From positions 1-25,185 of the IMG/VR virus record IMGVR_UViG_3300042315_000848: a DNA stretch of 25,185 bases; one strand, 5' to 3'. The notes beneath the pieces are model-generated. The model was not told the origin of the DNA, did not search any database, and worked only from the letters and a program-made list of their open reading frames with translations. This document shows, one piece after another, positions 7,274 to 15,500 of the stretch. Position numbers and translations under genes: made by a program. Source of the DNA: a virus (taxonomy: Duplodnaviria > Caudoviricetes). Position 1 is the first letter of the stretch. Each line of letters starts with the position of its first letter.

Positions 7274-8436
7274 GTGTAGGAGAGCGATGTGCGGTTAGCC
7301 CACGCGCCGACGGCGGAGGCGGTGGCGAGGATTTGGCCGGCGGCGTTGAGGGTGCTGCGCTTGACGGTCCAGGTGGTGGCGGTCTCGGGGAGTGCTGGCG
7401 CGGCGGGGCGGTCGGCGTTGAGGAGGCGGCCCGAGTAGGTGGTGAGGCCGTTCGCGGATTGGTCGAACGCGTAGATGTAGAGGGTGGGATCGATCGGGCG
7501 CTGGACGGTGCGGAGGCCGAGGGCAGTGCAACTGATCTGCATGCCGGCGGCGGGCGCGGAGTCGAAGGTGATCGTGCCGGTGGCTTCGCTGACGAGGTAG
7601 TCGGTGGTGGGGGTTTGGGTCACACCGTTCAAGGCCACGAGGACATGCTCGGGGTCAGAGCTGACTAGGCCGTCAATCGGAAAGGTGGTCGTGGTGCCGT
7701 CGCCGATGCGGACAGTGGTAGTGATGTCGAGGCTTGGCGCGGTGGCGACGACTGCCGAGGCGAAGTCGGTGATGTCGGCGGCCGTGTGCGCGTGGATCGT
7801 GTCGGCTTTGGAAAGCTCGACCCAGAGCTTGAATGCGGGCGAGGCAGAGGGATCGAAGGCGGTCCAGTAGCTGCCTGGCGGTGGATAGCCGGGATTCGGC
7901 TCGCCGACGCGGCGGTAGAGTTCGCCGTTGAAGGTGACGACTTGGCCGGGGAAGTAGTCCGCGCCGTTGTTGTAGGCTCCTTGGTAGTCTACTGGCTCGG
8001 GCTGGAGGGCGGTGTCGGCGAGAGCGCCTTGGGCGGCGGTGGCTTTGCCGTCGAGTTGGGTCTGGAGCGATCCGATGCTGGCGGCTGCTTCGGCAATCGA
8101 ATCAAGCGCGGCAGGGTCCAGATTCGCGGTTAGATAATCGATCCGCGTCGAGAGCGCGACATCTCCGGCGATGCGTGCATTTTGCTCCGTGGTGAGATCG
8201 GCGCTGCGGGCGATGGTGGCGGCGAGGCGGGCGTCGGGCAGTGTGCCGGTGGTGAGGAGCGAGGCATCGATGGTCGGCGGCGCGGCGGCGACGACGGCTT
8301 CCGTGAAATCAGTGATCTTGTCGGCTGTGAGCGGCGCGGAGAAGCCGACCCACGCGAAGCCATTGAAGCGCCACAGGCGGCCGTCGGGCGCTTCGTATTC
8401 CTGATTTAGCGTGGGGTTTTGTGGAAAGATGATCAT
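7270..8436 (-). CDS. Mosaic tail fibre/appendage protein
   Basis: FPxNP...WRFNGFAW N-module; ITDF repeats; PAALDSIAE motif; CBM5/12-like YxPGQVVTFNGELY; HAH; GDGTTTTF...NGVTQTPTTDY...ITFDSAP domain; C-terminal WANRTSLSY module. Confidence 0.8.
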   Translation of the reverse strand: MIIFPQNPTLNQEYEAPDGRLWRFNGFAWVGFSAPLTADKITDFTEAVVAAAPPTIDASLLTTGTLPDARLAATIARSADLTTEQNARIAGDVALSTRIDYLTANLDPAALDSIAEAAASIGSLQTQLDGKATAAQGALADTALQPEPVDYQGAYNNGADYFPGQVVTFNGELYRRVGEPNPGYPPPGSYWTAFDPSASPAFKLWVELSKADTIHAHTAADITDFASAVVATAPSLDITTTVRIGDGTTTTFPIDGLVSSDPEHVLVALNGVTQTPTTDYLVSEATGTITFDSAPAAGMQISCTALGLRTVQRPIDPTLYIYAFDQSANGLTTYSGRLLNADRPAAPALPETATTWTVKRSTLNAAGQILATASAVGAWANRTSLSYT

Positions 8437-8672
8437 GGCAGGAGCGCGGCGGCGTAATCCTCGGCGGTGATTTCCTCGGCTCCGGCGACGGCGAAATGCG
8501 AGGCGATGGGCGGGATGGCGGCAATGAGGCAGTGGCCTTCCGCATCACGCGGGGCTTCCGAGGCAGGAGCGAACCATGTGGAGGCGCTGGAATTTGGGAA
8601 TCCGCTGGCATCGTCCATCGCCGAGCGGATGGCTTCGTAGGTGTCAGAGGTAGCGCGGAAGAAGCGGCTCAT
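8433..8672 (-). CDS. Hypothetical 79-aa protein, possible fibre partner/chaperone
   Basis: ATG at 8672 overlaps the TGA of the upstream fibre (ATGA); also ATGA-coupled downstream. Confidence 0.65.
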   Translation of the reverse strand: MSRFFRATSDTYEAIRSAMDDASGFPNSSASTWFAPASEAPRDAEGHCLIAAIPPIASHFAVAGAEEITAEDYAAALLP

Positions 8673-10612
8673 AGCGCGATCCCCCATTTCGTGGAGAGGT
8701 AGGCGTGGACGGTGTCGCGCTCAGTGGTGGTGAGTAGGCGGTCGTAGGCGATGACTTCGCCGATGGAATTGGCGCCGGGGGCAGTCAGGCTTCCGCCTGC
8801 GTTAATTCTCCCAGAGATTCTGCCTCGCGCGACATTGTATTCCACGCTCGGAAAAGTATCTGCAAAGGCTGCTCCGGGGACGGCATTGAGGTAATTCAAT
8901 ATCTGGCTCCCGGAGTGGCTAAAAGTGCCGATGCAATAGGCTCCTAGTGTGTAGATTTTTGGAGAGCGAGTGGTCGATACGCCGTCTACAAAAGAGCCGA
9001 CCTCCGTAGTCCTCTGAACTGCGGCAGTGTAAATGCTGACATCCGTGACTCCGGCTTCCGACTCGGTAAATAAAGCGCCTTGAGTTTTCGCAGTGTTTAT
9101 TGCGAACACCACGAAAAGCGTTTGCGCGGCGTAGGGGCGTGAGTAGGTCGCATCAAGAAAATCGTCGGTGCCGTCGAAGAAAATCGTGGCTTTGCTATTG
9201 AGCCCGGCGGTCGCGAGGGTCGGGCGGCTGTTGACGGTGGCCTGCGAGAAGTGACGGGCGTTGCCTGAGCGGTCTTCCCAGCGGGCGACCTGCGCGCCGT
9301 TGGCGGTGACGGCGGCTCCGCCGGTCGTGGCATCGTAGAGGCCGGATGTGGCATCAAGCCACAGCGCGATGTTGGCAATGTCTGTCGGAGCCCAGGATGG
9401 TGGTTCGGGGTCTCCACCGCCTCCGCCTCCGCCGCCAGTGAAAAGCGAGACGCTGCCGAGCTGCACGGCCGATGCGGTCGTGGCTCCGCTGGGGATGACT
9501 ATGTAGAAAGTGGTGGGGACGAGCGTGGCAGGGAGGCTTTGGACGACGGAGATCGAGGCTACGCCGGAGCCGGAGACTTTGCCGGCGAGGGCGGCGTCAA
9601 GGCCGGTGACATTCGCGGTGGTGTGCGTGTGGCCGTTTAGCGAATAATTCCCAGAGGGTTGCTTGCCATCGAGCGCGGTTTGAAGGCCGGTGGTGTCGCT
9701 GATGGCGTGCGTGTGCGTGGTCGCTGCCTTGCTATCGAGCGCGGTTTGAAGGCCAGTCGTGTCGGCGATTGCGTGGCTGTGGGTGGATGGAGCAAAGGTG
9801 AGGGGTTTGCCGGTAATGTCGGCCCACGCGGTGGGGCCGGATGTGCCGCCTCCTGTGCCTGCGGCGTCAAGGGCGGCTTGCAGGCCGTCAACTTGCGCGA
9901 TCGTGTGCGTGTGTGTGGATGGCGCGAAGGTGGACGGCTTTCCGATAACATCGGTCCAGGTGACGGTCGATGTGGAGGATGCGGCGGTGGAGTGCGTGAA
10001 CTCAACCCATGCGCCTTCGAACCATGTGAAGAGTCGCCCGAGTTCGGTGTGGACCCATCGAGTGAATTGTGCCGGATCAGGCGCGGTGGTGCCGTAGAAT
10101 GTGGCATCTGCGAGAGCGGTGATCGCTTGCGCCGTTCGGAGCGGCGTCATCCATTTTTCGTTCGAGAGACCGGCTTCGGCCTCAGCTTGCGTGGCTTTGC
10201 CGTCTGGCAGCGCGGCGGGGGTCTGCTCGTCACCGAGGATGACGCTGTTTTGCACTTCGACTTGGAGGGTCGCGGTGCGTAGAGCTTGGCTCGGAGCGGT
10301 CCACTTGACCTCGAGGAAGGCGGAGATGCTGGCAGGATCGGAGGAGAAGGCGCCCTCGACCGGCAATGTATTCAGATCGAGGATGGTTTGGCCGGGGGCC
10401 GCCAAAGCTAAGAAATTGGCGTCAGAGAATGAGGTCTTGAGGGCGACGGTGGTCTGCGTTCCAGCAGGGGGATCGATGGCCACGCCGTTCTCGACAAAGA
10501 CGACCTCGATGGGGACTTGGTCGCGGCGTTTTAGGACGAGCGTCTGGAGCGCGACATTGCTCGCGGCGGACTTCACGAACCGCCGGTTTTTTGAATCAAG
10601 GAAAAGTTTCAT
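8669..10612 (-). CDS. Tail fibre / receptor-binding protein with HxH repeats and C-terminal LamG-like domain
   Basis: Start MKLFLD at 10612; beta-rich anchor domain; KATQAEAEAG...MTPLRT; four HxHxxxxxxGLxxAL repeats; poly-Gly linker; LWLDA...WEDRSGNARH...FDGTDDFL...EVIAYDRLL...YLSTKWG. Confidence 0.85.
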   Translation of the reverse strand: MKLFLDSKNRRFVKSAASNVALQTLVLKRRDQVPIEVVFVENGVAIDPPAGTQTTVALKTSFSDANFLALAAPGQTILDLNTLPVEGAFSSDPASISAFLEVKWTAPSQALRTATLQVEVQNSVILGDEQTPAALPDGKATQAEAEAGLSNEKWMTPLRTAQAITALADATFYGTTAPDPAQFTRWVHTELGRLFTWFEGAWVEFTHSTAASSTSTVTWTDVIGKPSTFAPSTHTHTIAQVDGLQAALDAAGTGGGTSGPTAWADITGKPLTFAPSTHSHAIADTTGLQTALDSKAATTHTHAISDTTGLQTALDGKQPSGNYSLNGHTHTTANVTGLDAALAGKVSGSGVASISVVQSLPATLVPTTFYIVIPSGATTASAVQLGSVSLFTGGGGGGGGDPEPPSWAPTDIANIALWLDATSGLYDATTGGAAVTANGAQVARWEDRSGNARHFSQATVNSRPTLATAGLNSKATIFFDGTDDFLDATYSRPYAAQTLFVVFAINTAKTQGALFTESEAGVTDVSIYTAAVQRTTEVGSFVDGVSTTRSPKIYTLGAYCIGTFSHSGSQILNYLNAVPGAAFADTFPSVEYNVARGRISGRINAGGSLTAPGANSIGEVIAYDRLLTTTERDTVHAYLSTKWGIAL

Positions 10613-10633
10613 GCCGCTCGAGGAGCGGCGGAC

Positions 10634-10640
10634 TGTCAAA
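10634..10640 (-). promoter_or_regulatory. TTTGACA junction motif 3 (21 nt upstream of the fibre ATG)
   Basis: Intergenic; followed by a GCCGCTC-CTC-GAGCGGC hairpin abutting the ATG. Confidence 0.5.
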
Positions 10641-10665
10641 TCGGGAGGGCTTCCGAGCGTCTCCT

Positions 10666-10740
10666 AGAGCGGAGAGCGGAAGGCGGAGGGCGGAAAGAGG
10701 CGGTTATATTTCCGGTTTCAGCACTCCGGTTTCCGGTTTC
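10666..10740. repeat. Bipartite heptamer tandem-repeat block B
   Basis: AGAGCGG AGAGCGG AAGGCGG AGGGCGG (10666-10693), then TTTCCGG TTTCAGC ACTCCGG TTTCCGG TTTC (10709-10740). Confidence 0.75.
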
Positions 10741-11513
10741 GATTCGACGGCTTCCCACTTCCCGAGCGGACAGCGTTCGGTTGCCATTCGGAGTTTTGCC
10801 CAGGTGGAGCAGCCGCACTTGCGGCAGCGGCCGGTGGCGTTGAGTGCCTGCGCGTCCCACTCGGGACAGGCGCGGCAGGTGGCTTCGCGGGCGGCGAGGG
10901 CTTCGGGCGGGGTGGTGGTGAAGCCGCTGCGGGCGAAGCGGTGCGCGGCGTGGCCGAATCGGGCGAGCATTTCACGGGCGGTTGGTAGTGGATGGCTCAG
11001 CGTCTCAGACACAGGGCGGAGGTGCGCAATCATGGCAGGGATATGGCTATCCAATTCGGATTGTGGGACGCGCAGAATATGGAAAGCTGGTGTTGCCGTA
11101 ATGTATTCCAATGCTCGGGCGCGGACTCGTTCAATGTTGGCGGCTAATGTTTCAGGATCGGGCTGAAATTTTGCGCCTCGAGCAAAATTAAGTTTTCGCA
11201 AACTGATTGCCGACTGCATCGGGTCGCGCTCCATCCAGATCACAAAGAACTCTCTTCCTTTTGTCGGAAGTTTTTCTAAGTGGTGCGGTAGTGGCATCTT
11301 GAAAGTTAGACCAGCAAGGGAGTCTAACATATTGTCAGCACTGCCATTCATACATGCTGCCATGATTTGCGGAGCCTCAAAATAGCCCTGCGGGTTAAAC
11401 TCATCGGCATGATCTCCTTGATAGAAAATCGGAACGCCAGCATCGCGTAGTAATCGCATGGCGGCAGAAGTTCCAGAGCGAGGAAACCCTGAGACTATTC
11501 CGTGGCGAGTCAT
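10704..11513 (-). CDS. Sulfotransferase-like (PAPS-binding) domain fused to a C-terminal Cys-rich DUF6171-like domain
   Basis: IVSGFPRSGTS (5'-PSB loop), VIWMERDP...S (3'-PB motif), NPQGYFE; C-terminal CRAC...CRKCGC...KLRMATERCPLGKW; ATG 11513 is ATGA-coupled. Confidence 0.75.
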   Translation of the reverse strand: MTRHGIVSGFPRSGTSAAMRLLRDAGVPIFYQGDHADEFNPQGYFEAPQIMAACMNGSADNMLDSLAGLTFKMPLPHHLEKLPTKGREFFVIWMERDPMQSAISLRKLNFARGAKFQPDPETLAANIERVRARALEYITATPAFHILRVPQSELDSHIPAMIAHLRPVSETLSHPLPTAREMLARFGHAAHRFARSGFTTTPPEALAAREATCRACPEWDAQALNATGRCRKCGCSTWAKLRMATERCPLGKWEAVESKPETGVLKPEI

Positions 11514-12133
11514 GGCTGCGGAGGCCAACCTGCGCCCTCAAGGACTAATTTATACAATGGCTCTCCGCATAAGTCTAAAGATGATTGATAATCTTTTACC
11601 ACAGTATTAGGTAAACCGACATCATTTGGGCATTCAATTTCTGTCCTTGTATATTCAGCTCCCTTGATTGCATTCAGAAAATATGTAGGCGCGATCTGTG
11701 TATTGTTAGGAATCCAAGCGGTATAGAACCAATACAAACGGAGGTTTTCTTTATTTTCGTTATAGTAAGTAACTGGATATGTTATTCCACCTCCACCATC
11801 TACAATGCAAGTAAATGGACCAGTGTCAGAAACAAGATATTTATAAGGCCCGCCTTGGCTTCCAATATTAGATTCATTCTCAATCGCTCCATGAATCTCT
11901 TCTCTGTCCTCTTCTGGGTTTTGAAATGAATACTCATAAAGTTGGATTACAGGGACGATCGTTCCTATGCCTTGAGTGCCAGTAATATTGGTCGTAAATC
12001 CGTATCGGATAGCATCAAATTGTGCTTGGGTTATTTTGCATCCGCTACCCCCACAACACGCGCACTCGACAGCGCGAAGGCCGCCGTCGGTTTTGATTTT
12101 GATGGCTCCGGTGGATGTGCGGCCGAGGGTCAT
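11510..12133 (-). CDS. Hypothetical protein: high-GC N-terminal leader ending in CACC plus low-GC body
   Basis: MTLGRTSTGAIKIKTDGGLRAVECACCGG, then a Tyr/Asn/Ile-rich region; sampled 60-nt lines in the body are about 32-35% GC. Confidence 0.7.
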   Translation of the reverse strand: MTLGRTSTGAIKIKTDGGLRAVECACCGGSGCKITQAQFDAIRYGFTTNITGTQGIGTIVPVIQLYEYSFQNPEEDREEIHGAIENESNIGSQGGPYKYLVSDTGPFTCIVDGGGGITYPVTYYNENKENLRLYWFYTAWIPNNTQIAPTYFLNAIKGAEYTRTEIECPNDVGLPNTVVKDYQSSLDLCGEPLYKLVLEGAGWPPQP

Positions 12134-12138
12134 TTTTT

Positions 12139-12200
12139 GAAGGCAGAAGGATGAAGGATGAAGGAAGAAAAATCTTTCCGGTTTCCGGTCTCAGGTTTCA
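12139..12200. repeat. Bipartite heptamer tandem-repeat block A
   Basis: GAAGGCA GAAGGAT GAAGGAT GAAGGAA (12139-12166), then TTTCCGG TTTCCGG TCTCAGG TTTCA (12175-12200). Confidence 0.75.
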
Positions 12201-12203
12201 TTT

Positions 12204-12509
12204 TTAGCATTCCTCCGTGGCGATCCATTGCAGGGTCCCATTCACCGCGCCGAGGACATGGGTGCCGGTGGTGGGCAGCGTCGGGATGGCAAGTTTCAAT
12301 TTCACGCGGCGTTGCGTATTGCCCCCCTGCCCGCTTCCCATCGTGGTCACTAAAAAATGATCTGCCGAAAAGTTTTCTGTGGCGTATGTGAAATTCTTTT
12401 GCAGATCGGATGCCTTGAGTTGGTAGGGGTAGCCTCCGTTCGCAGGGTCTCCGCCGGTTTTCACCAACTCTAAAAAGTTGATTGGCGGTGTGGATGATGG
12501 CGCGCTCAC
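12204..12509 (-). CDS. Hypothetical tail-region protein ending in a terminal Cys (WIATEEC*)
   Basis: 101-aa ORF; GTG start overlaps the TGA of the giant protein. Confidence 0.65.
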   Translation of the reverse strand: MSAPSSTPPINFLELVKTGGDPANGGYPYQLKASDLQKNFTYATENFSADHFLVTTMGSGQGGNTQRRVKLKLAIPTLPTTGTHVLGAVNGTLQWIATEEC

Positions 12510-15500
12510 AAGATGGTGTGGTAGAAGGTTCCGAAATTAAACTCGGTCGTTCCGAGCCCCCAAGTGGCAGTGGTTTCGTAATAGGGACCAAAATGTATTT
12601 GGTCGATCGCGGCGAGTGAAGCGGTGGATGGAAGAGTGATTGTGTTTTGCCCTCCAGATCCCAGGAGTCCTGGAAAAAATGTTGCTTTTTCAAAGAATGA
12701 AACCGAAGCCCCTGATGGCAAAATGTAGCTCATGGCGTTGTCGCTGGGGGCTGGCACTTCGTTCAAAGATGTCGCGGCGGCGGTGACAACGGTCTCGCGG
12801 GCAAGTAGTGAAATGGTCGCAGCATAGTTTTTTTCCGTTTGAGACTCGCCTTGCGTGGTGATCTGCTTTGCGGTGAAAGTTATGTTCACGAAATTTCGGC
12901 GAGTGGTTTCGACGCGCTTCCGAGGGTCGTTAGTGATTCCGTAACTTGTGACCGTGTAGATCGTGAAGCCGTCGCCGCGAGTGGAGATCGACGGAGCCTT
13001 AGCCACTCGAAGACCGAACTCGATCTCTTCGTCGCTGACAGGCGCGTAGGTGAGAAGTTTTTGGCCGATGGAAAAATTCTCTTCATAGAGGGCTTCTTGG
13101 CCGGTCGGCACCGCGTAATCTTGGACGACGAGGACGATGCCGCTTGGAAAGGCTTGAATGCGCTTCGTGCCTTCCAAGGCCACGGGAAAGGCATTGTTCG
13201 CAGTAAGAATTTTGTAAGCTGAGCGGGCAGTTATCGTGATGGAAACTTGCGCGGAGCTTGTGCCTACAAAATTCCCGGCGGTAACGGTGGCTTTGAATTT
13301 GCCCATCTTTCGCGGGATGCCTGAAATGAATCCCGTTCCGCTGATCGTGAGACCTTCTGGAAGACCTTTAGCTGTGCAAGTCGTGATCGGGTTCGCAATG
13401 GGGGCTCCGCTGGCGACAATCTGCCTAAAACCGACCGACAAAAATCCTTCAAAGGATAAGTCTTGCAAAATAGGAGGGCCGGAAATGAACGCAAATGTGA
13501 TGGTCGTCGAATCACTGCCGCCTGGGCCGGACGCCGTAATCGTTGCGGTTTTTTGAAGCGCTCCTGGGACCGTTCCCGAAATAACTCCCGTGGCCGCTGA
13601 AATCACAAGCCCACTTGGCAAACCTGTTGCCGCCCATGTCGTCGCGGGCCTATTGGCTGAGTCGGTTTGAGCGATTGTGAAATTTAAAGCGGTCTGTGTT
13701 TTGCCTTGGAATTTTTGACCATCGACCAAAATTGGTTGTCCGGCGGCGATAGTAAATATGATGTCGGCAGAGTCGCTTCCGTAGTCATTCGAGACCGTGA
13801 TGGAGGCCGTGGCGGTGGCATGGGTGGCGGGGGTTCCTGTAATGGCTCCCGTGCTTGAGTTGATGGACAGCCCTTGAGGCAGATCGGTGGCAGACCAGAG
13901 CGCGGTTGGGCGATCCTCCGCATCAACCAATGCCGGAGTCTGCAGAAAAATCTCCCCGACTTTTCCTGTAAAGGTTTGATTTTGTCCAAGCAATGGCGCG
14001 CCTGCAGCAATGGCAAGAACCACGGATTGCGTAGACGATCCCCCGTCTCCGGCGGCCGTGATGGTAATTGTCGCACGGCCGGAGGAATCGGGGGTGCCGG
14101 TGATTTCGCCTGTGGCAGAGTCGATGGAGGCCCAACTTGGCAGTCCTGTCGCGCTCCATGATGTGGCCGGGCGGTTTTCGGGGTCGGTCAGGGCTGGCGA
14201 GGCGCTAAAGGCGACTTCAAATTGACCGAAGAATTGTTGCCCTGGCGGGATCACCACGGCTCCAGGGGCGACATTTATTGTGACCAACTCGGTATCCGTG
14301 CCACCGTTTTTTGCGGCAACGATGACGGCAAACGATCCGAGGCTCGTCGGAGTGCCGGTGATGGCTCCTGTGGTGGCATTGATCGCCAATCCGGCGGGGA
14401 GTCCTGTCGCTTCCCAAGATTCGGCAAAAGAAGATGTGAGCGAAGGCGTGTTGTTAAATGGTTCGCCGACTTTTGCCGAGAAAGATTGATCCGGTTCAAT
14501 TTGCGGCGTTAGGTCCACCACAGAGATTGTGGCAGGCTCTGTGGTTATGCCTCCACTGCCTTCGGCGCGGAGCGTGATGGTAGAGGCTCCTACCGAATCA
14601 GGGATGCCCGAAACGATAAGACCTACAGCGGATTCTTCTAGAGAGGCCCAGCTTGGGAGGCCGGTAGCCGAAACGCTCGAAACAGGACGATCCGAGCTTT
14701 TGGAGATTTCAAAAGTTGCTAAAAAAGGAAATCCGACTTTGCCGCTTTTGGCTTGGTTGGGAGGGATCGCGGGAGCGCCCTCGGCGATCGTGAAGACAAT
14801 GATCCTTGAGGACCCATCGCCCCCTTCGCCTGCAGCGGTGAAAGTAGCTGAGAACGATCCTTTACCTGCAGGAGTGCCGGTAATTGCGCCTGTGCTGGTG
14901 TTTAGTGAGAGGCCGGTGGGGATGCCTATGGCGCTCCATGAGGTCGCTGGGCGATCTACGGCGTCAGTGAGCGAGATCGTTCCAGAAAACGCATTCCCTA
15001 CCTTACCATTAAAGCTCTGCCCCGCCACAATTATGGGCGATCCAACGGTGATCGAAATTGTCGCCGACTTTGTGGCTGTGCCGCCCGGCCCTGTGGCCGT
15101 GAGTGTAACTGTCGCACTCCCGACATCTTGCGGAGTGCCAGTAATTGCTCCTGTGGCAGGATTCAGTGAAAGCCCTTCAGGCAGCCCTGTCGCACTCCAG
15201 TTCGTTACAGGCCGGTTTGCGCTGTCAGTCAGCGAAAAGGTCTTACTGAATGCCGTGCCTACGGTTCCGGAGGCAGTCTGCCCTGCCGTGATGATCGGGG
15301 TGCCCTCGGCGATTGTGAAAGCGATACTCGTTGCTGTGCCTGTGCCGCCAATGCCGGTGGCCGTGAAGGAGGCTGTAAACGAGCCTTTGGTTGTAGGCGT
15401 TCCGGTGATGTTGCCGGTGTTGACATCGAGGGAGAGGCCATCAGGGAGTCCTGTCGCACTCCACGAAGTCGCCGGTCGATCCAGCGCATCATCTAGCGCA

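Noticed and set aside
2849-10612. Diversity-generating retroelement (Mtd_N-like modules, variable lectin-like ends)
   Set aside because: No reverse transcriptase, and no TR/VR pair with adenine-specific mismatches seen in the window; the repeats are ordinary coding repeats. An RT elsewhere in the genome cannot be excluded
10666-12200. CRISPR array or invertible shufflon
   Set aside because: Repeats are 7-mers without spacers, in direct orientation; no cas or invertase gene; no inverted silent cassettes
12130-12693. 187-aa minus-strand ORF bridging the giant gene and the CACC gene
   Set aside because: Overlaps two better-supported genes out of frame and reads through the heptamer repeats
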